Positions 21,102 to 31,127 of a DNA stretch of 64,000 bases are shown piece by piece (within the stretch, counting starts at the first letter, position 1; the number at the start of each line of letters is the position of its first letter). The notes below the pieces were generated by a model. That model was given only the letters and a program-made list of their open reading frames with translations. It had not been told where the DNA came from and searched no databases. Origin of the DNA: Nitrospirota bacterium (GTDB lineage: Bacteria; Nitrospirota; Thermodesulfovibrionia; Thermodesulfovibrionales; UBA9159); assembly GCA_963699545.1 (NCBI GenBank), contig CAVOUE010000012.1:97140-161139 (forward strand), given 5' to 3'. Both the position numbers and the translations under genes were made by a program.

Positions 21102-23727
21102 TTAACCCCTCAGCCGCCTGACCCTCTCCCTCACTTCATCCGCGAAGAACTGATACTCATCCGTGCCTTCAGGCTTCCGGGAAAGATCGATCTCGTCCGG
21201 ATAAAGAGGTTTCCCGATGGTGAAGCGTATCTTAGAAAACTTTGGCCGGAGCGTGCCCCGGGGCAAGGCTTCAAAGGTCCCCTCTATCAACACAGGTACA
21301 ACGGGAATTTTGTGTTCCATCGCAAGGATCCCAATACCTTTCTTGAACTCCAGGAGACCCCCGTCAATCGACCTTCCTCCTTCGGGGAATATACAGAGTG
21401 CACGGTCCTTCTTCAGCACATAGGAAGAGAGTTGAAGGGCTTTGCTCAGGAAGGTTTCGGGATCGATGGGTATGACATGGGCAAGTCTCGCAAACAGGGA
21501 AGGCAGCCATCCCTGGAAGTATGTCTGGTAGCCCTGAAAATAGAGGTTCCTGTAGACAGCAAGGGGGACTGCCGCGCCAACCACAAATCCGTCCATATTG
21601 CTGCAATGATTCGGGGCGATGATAAACGGAAAAGCGGGTAGGTTCCCGATGCCCCTGGCTTCAAGCCTGAAGAACACCCTGAGGAATAATTTGAGAAGCT
21701 TGAGACATACGGCGCTGAATATCCATTCCACCCTCCCCTGATATAGCCCTATCTTCTTCCTTTCTTCCTCGGGTATCTCTGCAGCGAAAATATCTTCCCA
21801 GAGGGGCTTCCCGATGCCGGAGATCCCCAGTGCCTTGAACTCCTTTATCCTCTCAACAAGCTCTCCCACGGTCTGGACTTCTGATGCAAAGGTCTCGGGG
21901 AGTTTGAGGGAGAACGCTTTCTCCAGAGCGACAACAAGCTCTATCCTCTGGAGGGAATCGAGGCCCAGGTCAAGCTCGAGATTGTCTGATGAATGGACGG
22001 GCAACTCTTCCGACAAAAGAGACGTTATGCACCCCGCAACCACCCTCCCTGTTTTATCGCCGGTCAGGGTTTTATCTTCACCCCTTGCCCGCCGGCCTTC
22101 CCCTGCCATCCGACGTATGAGATCGCTGACCACATACCTCTTCAGCTTTCCCAGGGGTGTCCTCGGCAGAGGCTCCGACGAGAGGGTGAACCCCTTAAGT
22201 CTCATATAAGGAGGTAATTTCAGGGCAACACGGTTCATTGCCCATTTAAGGGAATCGGATATGTTGCCTATTCGCTCTTTCCTTGCACGGTCAATGTTCG
22301 GAACGATCAGACCGCGAAGGGATTCCACGACCCCTTCCTTTTCGATCCCGGTAACACATATTTCTTTGATCAGGGGAATCTTCAGGTATTCATTCTCCAC
22401 CTCTTCAGGATAAATGTTCTTCCCGGAGCTGAGAACGATCACTTCCTTCGCCCTGCCCGTGATGAAAAGATACTGTTCGTCATCCAGATATCCGAGGTCC
22501 CCGCTCATAAACCACCCGTCCTGCATCACCTGAGCAGTAGCCTCAGTTTTCCTGTAATAGCCCTTCATCACCATAGGCCCCTTAATGGCGATCTCTCCCT
22601 CTCCCGACTCGGACGGACGTACTATTTTGATCCCCACTGACGGGAGGGGTTTCCCGGCCGAGCCCGGCTTCCTTTTGTTCATGGGATTGAAGGTGACCAC
22701 AGGAGCGGTCTCTGTCAGGCCATATCCCTCAAGAACGGTAAATCCCAGGGCCTCAAGGTCCGTCATCAGTTGGGGGACAAGCCGCGCTCCGCCGCTGGCA
22801 AAGAATCTGAACTGTTCTCCAAAGGCCCTGTGTGCGGAACGGAATATGAGCTTTCCGGCATTCATACCTGTCCTCTTTCTTGCGCCGCCGCACATTTTTA
22901 ACAGAAGGAACAGAACTGACGAAACAACCGCCTGGCAGCTCCTTGAACTTTCTCAGAATACCGTTCCGTATGAGTTCAAGGAGCTGAGGCACCGCCACCA
23001 GAACGGTCACTCCTTTTTCCTTCATGGTGGAAATAAGATCAGGGCCTTTCATCCCCATGGGATAGGTTATGGTTGCGCCGAGGAAGAGGGGAACAAGAAA
23101 TGTGCACATGAAGGCATACGTATGATGAAGGGGGAGGATGGACAATACACTGTCTTCATGGGTCAGCAGTCCTGTATCTATTAAGGCCTCCGCGTCGGAG
23201 CAGAAATTCCTGTGAGTGAGCATCACTCCCTTTGGTGCGCCCGTAGTGCCGGAGGTATATACGATGGATGCCAGGTCATCGTCCGAGAGCTCCGGAAAGT
23301 GTTCAGCTTCCGGGGTAGCGCAGATCTCCTCAAACCCGGGGGAGTCAAAGTTGACCTTCCCCGCAGATCCTTTTATGTTCAGCCCCGTCTTTTCACTGTG
23401 GAATACAAGAACCGTGTCCGAATCGTCGAGAAGAACCTCTATTTCATCAGGGCCCAGCTGTGCGTCTATGGGAACAGCTATACCTCCAGCCATGACTGCT
23501 GCAAGATACGATGCGCACCACTCGTATCTGTTTTCAGAGACAACGGCGACCCTGTCTCCTTTCTTTATTCCCGAGTTCATTAAGTGGGCCGCGATGCCTT
23601 CCGTCTTTCGAAGGAACTCGCCATAGGTCATTGTTCGCCATGATTGGTCAAAGTAATTGAAGGCGGTGTTGTCCCTGTATTTCTTTGCAGCAGCCAGGAA
23701 CAAGCTGATGATTGTGTTATTTGTCAT
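21102..23727 (-). CDS. Acyl-CoA synthetase + carrier domain + PlsC acyltransferase fusion, frameshift near 22930
   Basis: YTSGTTGAPKG, GYGLTE, DLGLDSL (phosphopantetheine Ser), NHCSNMD and FPEG. Confidence 0.88.
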
Positions 23728-23975
23728 GGTATTTCTTTAACCAACGTTATTCATGCGTTTCTTTCGGGAGAGGTGTCCGTCTCTCGGCAAGACAATAGCC
23801 CTCCTTGAAAATACAAAGGTCTGCACATCTAACGAACGTTCTGTTCCTATGTGTTGTTAAGGTCCGCTCTTGCGGACCGCCACATAACCCGGGGGCTTGC
23901 CCTTCGAGCCGGACACCTCTCCAAATTTGCGAATTGTCATGGTCAGAGGTCGAAGAATATCGTAGCAAGCGAAAG

Positions 23976-24389
23976 TCAGTTCTGCTCATCAAGGCCCGCT
24001 TTCTTTTCGATCTCTTCTACCGCCTCTTTCGCAATTTCCCTAACACTGCGATTTTCATCCTTTAGCGCTTCCCTCAGCCAAGGGATGGCATCGAGATGAC
24101 CGATGATCTCGAGGAGGTAGGCAGCGTCACCCCTGATGGTAGGGTTTTCATTTCTCAGGAGGGCAGTAATCCCGGGAACTGCCCCTGCAAGCGCGTCGGC
24201 ATCTTCTTTCACCAGCGTCTCGACAAGTGCAGAAATCCCCAATCTTACCCGCATTCGCTCGTCCTTCATCAGGTCCCCGATGAGCGGATAGAGGCCCCTG
24301 TCATGTCTGAACATGTCGATGATGTTTTCGAGAAACCCTTTTTCCATATAATCAGAGATCATGGACTTTATATCGAAATCGTCAGCCAT
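23976..24389 (-). CDS. HEAT-repeat protein
   Basis: Repeated LxDExxxVR / IRGDAAYLLxxIG units. Confidence 0.78.
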   Translation of the reverse strand: MADDFDIKSMISDYMEKGFLENIIDMFRHDRGLYPLIGDLMKDERMRVRLGISALVETLVKEDADALAGAVPGITALLRNENPTIRGDAAYLLEIIGHLDAIPWLREALKDENRSVREIAKEAVEEIEKKAGLDEQN

Positions 24390-24547
24390 TTTAAAAATAT
24401 GATACCATAATCAAAATAACCACCAGAAACAACGAGATACTGATGCACCGGGCGCAACAAAAGAGAAAAGCTCTTGACACAGAGCCGTCGGGCGATGTGA
24501 TATTGGGTAATACATTGTCATTCAATACATGTCAGAAAGGGAAACAA

Positions 24548-24807
24548 ATGCCAACGCTTCAAAAAAGCATCAGAATTCAAGAAAGAACAACTAGGGAAAT
24601 CGAGAAGATAGCCAAAGGTACGGCAAAGAGTTCTCTGCTGTGGCAAATGAGTTATTTGAAGAGGCGGTAAGGATGCAGCGATGCCCCGGTATCATTTTCT
24701 CTGAAGGGATGACTGGACGCCGGGCACGAGTTGCCGGTACAGCCATAGAGGTCTGGGAGGTTATCGCAACCGGCAAAAACGAGGGTCAAGTAGTCTGTCC
24801 CCTTTAG
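24548..24807 (+). pseudogene. Truncated DUF433-like antitoxin
   Basis: MPTLQKSIRI...(frameshift)...CPGIIFSEGMTGRRARVAGTAIEVWEVIAT, then similarity is lost. Confidence 0.6.
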
Positions 24808-24962
24808 CTTCCCCCTGCTTCCCCGCTCCCCGCTTGAGCGGCGTTCTTATCGGTATCCTTTGCAGCTGCTGGAGTACCGCACTTGGGGCACACAGCGAAC
24901 GCAACCATGTAAGCAGTATAAATGTGCCCGCACTTCCCGCAGTTGATCGTAATAGGGTTCAT
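24804..24962 (-). CDS. Small Zn-ribbon protein (52 aa)
   Basis: MNPITINCGKCGHIYTAYMVAFAVCPKCGTP; below the ORF-track cutoff. Confidence 0.55.
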   Translation of the reverse strand: MNPITINCGKCGHIYTAYMVAFAVCPKCGTPAAAKDTDKNAAQAGSGEAGGS

Positions 24963-25005
24963 TCCTTATCTCGATTGCTTTAATGTTTAGGGTGGGGACT
25001 CCCCT

Positions 25006-25320
25006 TTAAGTTTTCCTATTATTCTCCCCCAGATATTCCTTCACGGCCAAATATATTCTCGCCCGCTCGATAAAGTACTTCTTATTCCGTTTCCAATAAT
25101 CTTCATGTGAATAGAGCAGCTCCGATTCTTTCTTTGAACGGGTATTCTTGCACAGCTCTAAATGGGCACTTTCAGATAGTTTTCTTGCTATGTCTTCGAC
25201 CGTCACGGATAGTTGTTTCCTCAGTCTAAGCTTTGCTTCCCAGTTCTTCCCCTTTGCTCTATCTTCCTCTCGAAATAGGTTATAGCACAGTGCAATATGG
25301 TTGTCAAGCAAATATTCCAC
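25006..25320 (-). CDS. Hypothetical protein (true start likely downstream of the promoter at 25279-25307)
   Basis: AT-rich ORF divergent from the XRE gene. Confidence 0.45.
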   Translation of the reverse strand: MEYLLDNHIALCYNLFREEDRAKGKNWEAKLRLRKQLSVTVEDIARKLSESAHLELCKNTRSKKESELLYSHEDYWKRNKKYFIERARIYLAVKEYLGENNRKT

Positions 25321-25364
25321 CTTGGAATTGAATTGGAATTACAGGGTGCTTTAGGATAACTCTC

Positions 25365-25739
25365 ATGACAAGAAAGAATATCGTCGGGGACAATATCAGG
25401 AGGTTGCGGTTGAAGGCCGGGCTCACGCAGGAAAAGCTTGCCTTGAAAAGCGGACTTTCACAGGGCTATATCAACCAACTGGAAAGCGGCAAGAGAAAGT
25501 ATACCCAAAAATCCATTGAAATGATCGCAGACGCCCTGTCCGTTCCCGTGGCAGGTTTTTTTCGGGATGGAGAAACCGGGCATGTTCCTGCGGTCGCAGA
25601 AAAGATCGAAAAATACGGAAAAAAGCCTTTCAACAAGAAAGAGTTGTTGTCCCTGCTGAAGGAGTTGCCCGATGACGTTGCGGAGCACTACCTTATCCTC
25701 CTGAAATTGGAGAGGGAAATTTGGAGGAAAAAACTCTAA
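25365..25739 (+). CDS. XRE-family HTH regulator
   Basis: IRRLRLKAGLTQEKLA...SQGYINQLESGKR. Confidence 0.9.
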   Translation: MTRKNIVGDNIRRLRLKAGLTQEKLALKSGLSQGYINQLESGKRKYTQKSIEMIADALSVPVAGFFRDGETGHVPAVAEKIEKYGKKPFNKKELLSLLKELPDDVAEHYLILLKLEREIWRKKL

Positions 25740-26026
25740 ATTTCTTCCAGGCAAAATGCAAAGATTTTTTTGAAAAGCAAAACCATCCCTCACAAACGCA
25801 TCCTTCAGCAGCTTGCTCTGCCGTTCGAACGCCTGTCTGGGGTTCTTTGGGTTCTTCATGAGGGCGATTTCCTGCGTGATGAGCCTCGCCATATTCAGGA
25901 TTTGGATGCACCACTGATACCTCCTTGCTCCATATTCTCTTTCACCTTCCCCGGCTGGCCGGCAAGGCAAATGTCCATAAGCGTCAACTATGATACAACG
26001 CATTTTGGTGTATAATACCCTTTACT

Positions 26027-28150
26027 ATGAGCTTCTGGAGCGCGATACAGAGAGATTATAAGGCCGTTTTCAGGAACGACCCTGCGGCGCGGAACGGAGT
26101 GGAGGTGGTCCTTGCCTATCCGGGCTTCCATGCCATCTTCCTCCACAGGATCAACCATGTCCTCTGGAACCTCGGGATACCGTTCGTCCCCCGGCTTTTC
26201 TCCCATATCGCGCGGTTCCTTACGGGTATCGAAATCCATCCTGCAGCGAAGATCGCGCCCGGTTTTTTCATTGACCACGGCATGGGTGTCGTGATAGGAG
26301 AAACCTCAGAGATCGGAGAGGACTGCCTCCTGTATCAGGGGGTTACCCTTGGAGGAACAGGGAAGGAAAAAGGGAAGCGTCACCCCACCCTCGGCAAGAA
26401 CGTCGTGGTCGGTACCGGCGCCAAGATCCTGGGCGCGATCACCATCGGGAACTCTGCCAAGATAGGGGCTAACGCCGTTGTTCTTGATTCCGTGCCCGAC
26501 TACGCCATTGTGGTGGGTGTTCCGGGAAAGGTCATCAAGAAGAAGGTTCTCCGGATGATGGACGAAGGTGCGGTCGAAAGCCTTTCCCGCGTGCACCTTC
26601 CGGACCCTGTGGAAGAAAAGTTCAGGGAAATGGAAAAATATATCGCCGGACTCGAAAAGAGGATGGAGACACTGGAAGGAAAGGGAGGGAGGATGCGAGT
26701 CTACAACACCCTGAAAGGGAACAAGGAAGAACTGATTCCCCTCAGTACGGGCAGGATCGGGATGTATGCCTGCGGGGTCACGGTGTATGATCTCTGCCAC
26801 ATCGGTCATGCCCGCAGCGCCATCGTCTTCGACGTGATGCGGAGATACCTTGCTTTCAAAGGCTTTGAGGTCAAGTATATAAGGAATTTCACCGACATTG
26901 ACGACAAGATTATCAACAGGGCCAAACAGGAAGGTATTTCCTGGGATGAGGTTGCGAGGAAATACACGGCGGAATATTACCTGGATATGGACCGGCTCGG
27001 CGTGGGAAGAGCGGATATGGAGCCAAAGGCCACGGAGCATATACCGGAGATTATAAACATCGTCAAAGGTCTTGTGGAGAAGGGATATGCGTATGCCGTC
27101 GATGGCGATGTCTACTTCGAGGTCAGGAAATTCTCAGATTACGGAAAGCTCTCGAAGAGGGATATAGAGGATATGCTGGCCGGTGCCCGGGTGGAAGTTG
27201 ATGAGAGGAAACAGAATCCCATGGACTTTGCCCTCTGGAAGGCATCAAAAGAAGGGGAGCCGTCGTGGAACAGCCCGTGGGGTCCGGGAAGGCCGGGATG
27301 GCATATCGAATGCACTGCCATGTCCATAAAGCATCTCGGTGAAAGCTTCGATATTCACGGAGGAGGGGCGGATCTGATCTTCCCTCACCATGAGAACGAG
27401 CTGGCCCAATCCGAAGCGTATACCGGTAAGCCATTTGTGAGATACTGGATTCACAATGGCTTCATCACCATCGATAAAGAGAAGATGTCAAAGTCCCTCG
27501 GGAATTTCTTTACCATCCGGGAGATCCTGGACACGTTCGACCCCGAAGTGGTGAGGTTCTTTCTCCTCTCGACACATTACCGGAGCCCTATCGAATTTTC
27601 GGACGAGTCCCTGAGGGAGGCGGAACTGTCCATCGACCGGTATTATTCCACGGTGGTGAGGATGGAAGATTTCCTGAAAGAAGCGCAGAACAGGGAGAAA
27701 CAGACCGGGGAAGAACGATCACTGGAGGAGACCCTTGGCGCGTTCATGAACAGATTTCAGGAAGCGATGGATGACGATTTCAATACCGCCCTTGCCCTTG
27801 GTCACCTCTTTGAGCTGATCCGGGAGGTGAACAGGTATCTGGATTCCAAACCTTCAGGCCAGAATGCGAAGGAGTTCATAGCAAAAGCAAAAGACCTGCT
27901 GCGGAAGGCAGGGGGCATTCTCAATATCTTCAACAAGCTGCCCGAAGAATGGAACGACGCCCTGATGCAGACCAAGAAGATCCCCTACACGAAGCCCGAG
28001 ATCCTTGACAAGATCAGACAGAGGCAGGAAGCAAGGCAGAAAAAGGACTGGTCAGCTGCGGATGCCGTAAGAAAAGAACTGGAGGCACAGGGGGTAATCC
28101 TTGAAGACAAAAGGGACGGCACCTCCTGGAAGGTGAAAATCGGCAAGTAG
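26027..28150 (+). CDS. cysE-cysS: In-frame fusion of serine O-acetyltransferase and cysteine--tRNA ligase
   Basis: TGIEIHP, DHGMGVVIGET and KRHPT in the N-terminal part; CGVTVY, HIGH, GWHIEC and KMSKS in the C-terminal part. Confidence 0.92.
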   Translation: MSFWSAIQRDYKAVFRNDPAARNGVEVVLAYPGFHAIFLHRINHVLWNLGIPFVPRLFSHIARFLTGIEIHPAAKIAPGFFIDHGMGVVIGETSEIGEDCLLYQGVTLGGTGKEKGKRHPTLGKNVVVGTGAKILGAITIGNSAKIGANAVVLDSVPDYAIVVGVPGKVIKKKVLRMMDEGAVESLSRVHLPDPVEEKFREMEKYIAGLEKRMETLEGKGGRMRVYNTLKGNKEELIPLSTGRIGMYACGVTVYDLCHIGHARSAIVFDVMRRYLAFKGFEVKYIRNFTDIDDKIINRAKQEGISWDEVARKYTAEYYLDMDRLGVGRADMEPKATEHIPEIINIVKGLVEKGYAYAVDGDVYFEVRKFSDYGKLSKRDIEDMLAGARVEVDERKQNPMDFALWKASKEGEPSWNSPWGPGRPGWHIECTAMSIKHLGESFDIHGGGADLIFPHHENELAQSEAYTGKPFVRYWIHNGFITIDKEKMSKSLGNFFTIREILDTFDPEVVRFFLLSTHYRSPIEFSDESLREAELSIDRYYSTVVRMEDFLKEAQNREKQTGEERSLEETLGAFMNRFQEAMDDDFNTALALGHLFELIREVNRYLDSKPSGQNAKEFIAKAKDLLRKAGGILNIFNKLPEEWNDALMQTKKIPYTKPEILDKIRQRQEARQKKDWSAADAVRKELEAQGVILEDKRDGTSWKVKIGK

Positions 28151-28224
28151 GGGGCTTCGATTCCCATCGGTTTGTTTTTGTTGAAATACCCTGAAATGCT
28201 CTCCGCATACGCAATAGCTGCAAT

Positions 28225-28431
28225 TCAAAATACCGTCGAAACAAACTGGTCCATCCTCGTCGCCGAACCCGTTCGTATCGACTTCCCCACTTCAACTGCC
28301 ATTATAATTTCCTGCTCATCAATCCCATTTTCGCGGGCCCTGCCCACGTGGTGTTCCACTCACCCCTGACAGTTTGAAGCAACAGATGCTCCGACAGCGA
28401 TCAATGACTTGATTTTTTCATCAAGACCCAT
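28225..28431 (-). CDS. AhpD/carboxymuconolactone decarboxylase-family selenoprotein (CxxU), 68 aa
   Basis: GGAGG SD; MGLDEKIKSLIAVGASVASNCQG-UGA(28360-62)-VEHHVGRARENGIDEQEI; SECIS-like hairpin 28332-28348. Confidence 0.88.
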
Positions 28432-28500
28432 AATGTATTCCTCCTTCCAGGCTTGGGGACATTAATGTGCGATCAACCATACCGATAAACTATCGGCACG

Positions 28501-28719
28501 TTACAGTGTTCATGAACCTCCGTATCCAATTGTCACCTTGTCTCCTTCCACGATGACCGGAACCCTTGCAGCGCCTTTCGTGTATTCAAGCATCTCCTTC
28601 AGTTTTGCCCTGTCCGACAAGACCTCGATATAGACTGCGGTATCGCCAAAGGCCGACCTGGCCGCTTGACTGAAGGGTCATCCCTTCTTGCCAAAGATTT
28701 TTATCACTGTTTCCGTCAT
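28501..28719 (-). CDS. UXX-star-type glutaredoxin-like selenoprotein with two Sec, 72 aa
   Basis: FGKKG-UGA(28678-80)-PFS...RVPVIVEGDKVTIGYGGS-UGA(28510-12)-TL-TAA; hairpins 28651-28663 and 28478-28500. Confidence 0.88.
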
Positions 28720-28770
28720 CCCATTACCTCCCTTTCAGTTTATAGCTATGGCGCAAGGCCCGATACTACG

Positions 28771-29307
28771 TTACTCTATAAGGAGAAGTGCGAAGTAGTT
28801 CCATTTGCCGTATGTCTCTTTTTTCGTGTCGACCTCAAAGCCGTTGGCCCGCGCTGTTTTGAAGACATCTATGCCGCAGGCTTCCATAAGGGGCCTGATC
28901 CTGAGTTTTTTCTGGTCACCAGTCTGAGACTCACCCTGAGTCTCCGCCTCACCAGAGGGTCACGTTGCCCCTTCGGGCCCTGAAGAGAGAGCAGTCATCG
29001 CGAATGCCTTGTAAAAGCCCATCTGGTATGCCTCGCCTTCAAGCCTCACGGCGGTCTCGGTGAGGGTCTTCCCCTTGGAGCCGTTCATGAGGATCGCTTT
29101 GCTGTATTCCTTCATCATCTTTTTTGTGCTGTCCGCATCGGGAGCACAGGGGGGATGATAGGCGTCCTTACCATGGAATGCACAGCCGTAAACGCACTTC
29201 CACCTCACCCACTCCTCTACGACAACAGCACTGGTATTTATGACCCTGGCTTTCTCGGCCCCAAGCTCAAGGGACCTTTTTAAGAGCTGGTCTGTTTTAT
29301 CTTCCAT
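28771..29307 (-). CDS. DUF2284-like metal-binding selenoprotein, 178 aa
   Basis: WVRWKCVYGC...PPCAP...GPEGAT-UGA(28960-62)...RPLMEACGIDVFKTARANG; the family motif lies after the UGA; hairpin 28926-28944. Confidence 0.85.
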
Positions 29308-29335
29308 TCCATCACCTCCTTCACGTGTGGTGGCT

Positions 29336-30271
29336 TCATTTATGTTTAAGCGTATACTCTCTGCCGTCCCGGTTACGACCTCGGCAGGATGTCCGTCCTC
29401 CTGAAAAATACGGACACCGTTCTTCCCTGCACCCGTGGGGATGCTTGACGCCATGATTGCAAATTATTGATTGGCTTAGGGGCAGCACGAGTCCGAGGCT
29501 TTCCCCAAGGTAATTCACCGCCGCATCAAGGGATGTCCTGACATACGCCTTACAGCAGCTCGGGCCTGTGAGATCGGTTATCGCCCTCGCAACCCTTGTC
29601 ACCGCCTCCATGGTGATCCTCTGCTCCTCATCTTTACCGCATTTCGAACCCGTGAGGACTGCAAAACAGGCCCCCATGGCCGGGGCGATGCCGCAGACGC
29701 CGCTCAGGCCGCAATAGCCGCCGTGGGCCTGCTTCCTTGTGCGTTTAAAGACCTCCTTGATCTCTTCATCCGTCATGCCCTTCACGCCTTCGTTCTTTAT
29801 CGCGGCCATAAGTGCCCCGCCGGCAATGTACGCATGCTGGCAGCCGAGCATCGGAAGTCCCGGGAAACTCATGGCAATTTCGGCTATCTCGAAGGGATTG
29901 CTTGATGACGTCGAAAATATAGTATCTTCTATGATCCTCATCGAATCCCTGTTGTGACAGAGGTCGCAGATATAGTGGCCGCTTAGGCAACTTATATGGC
30001 CGTGCTCAAGCTTGCCACAGTATATGCACTTCAGCTCCTCTGCCTTGTCGTGATACGTCAGGGGCGTGCCGCAGACCATACAGTGCTCGGTTGCTTTAGT
30101 CTGAACTTCTACGACAGGTTTATCCCCCTGGTTCCCGCTTTCGCAAAGCCCTTCTATGGTCCCGGTTAACGACTTTGAAGCGCTGTTTTGATGCCCACCA
30201 GCATCATCGCCCGGCTCTCAATCTCAGCTGCCATCTTCTCTCAATTCTTTCCTCTCTTTTTCCTCTGCCAT
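29336..30271 (-). CDS. DUF5714-like Cys-rich protein with an N-terminal UxU motif, 311 aa
   Basis: AAGGAGG SD; MAEEKERKELREDGS-UGA-D-UGA-EPG, in frame with CMVCG, CIYCG, GHYICDLCH, GGYCG and GPSCCK; hairpin 30189-30206. Confidence 0.82.
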
Positions 30272-30283
30272 TGTTTCCTCCTT

Positions 30284-30577
30284 TCATCGGAACAAGAGGG
30301 TGTATCCCACCAGCCCCAGGCTCAAGGCAGTCGTCACGTAGAGCATTCTCTTTCCCCACGGGTCGGCAGATCCCCTCTTCCGGAAAAATGTCCTGTGGTA
30401 CGCCATTCCCAAAAAAGCAAGGGTTACGAGCACGAAAATCCATCGGTAGCTCACCATCCAGACGCCTAGGGTCAGGCTTCCCAGGCCCAAACTGGCCAGG
30501 ATCAGGGGAAGCTGTCAGGCGAAAAAAGCTACCGCTGAAGAAATGACAGCACCGCTCTTAAAAAATGACGCCTTCAT
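30284..30577 (-). CDS. MerT-like membrane transporter selenoprotein, 97 aa
   Basis: MKASFFKSGAVISSAVAFFA-UGA(30515-17)-QLPLILASLGLG...YRWIF, three TM segments; the UGA sits at the MerT CC site; hairpin 30484-30497. Confidence 0.8.
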
Positions 30578-30618
30578 GAAATTCTCCCTTCACCACTTGA
30601 AACAATTACTCGAATCTC

Positions 30619-31122
30619 TTATGTGCGCTTTCGGGTTTCTTTTCTCGGTCCCCACGCCTGCATCTTTATCTTTCCCTCCCGAGCGAGTTTGCCAAGGATA
30701 AAGAGGACGCTCTCACGATTCAGCTTAAAGTATGAAGCTACCTCGTCAGGGTCCACTTTTTCTCTGTCGGTGAGAAATACGACTATCTCATTCTCGATCT
30801 CTCTCATCCAGTCATTAAAGAGTCCCCGCAGCTCCGGGGTCGAGTACGTGGCCAGCTCATAGGAATGGCTCACCGCCGATATGACCTCCTTGCTCATCTC
30901 CACCGGATTCACCCCTGAATCCGAACACTCCTTAATTCATTCATCCACCAGCGACGCCAATTGTCGCCCCTTTTTCCTGCCGGCAGCCACGCTCCGGAGC
31001 ATTTCTTCCTTATCAGCTTCGTTCAGGTCCTTTAAGAGCGTTGTGACAAGGCTGCTCAGGACCTCTCTCTTTTCGGTGGAACTCATACCGGTCATGACCT
31101 TTTCGATCGTGCCCTTTTCCAA
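30619..31122 (-). CDS. Unknown selenoprotein (UxxxC) with a wHTH-like C-terminus, about 167 aa
   Basis: ORFs 30937..31131 and 30619..30912 are in frame, separated only by UGA 30937-39; strong hairpin 30903-30924; TTG start after GGAGG. Confidence 0.78.
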
Positions 31123-31127
31123 TGAAA

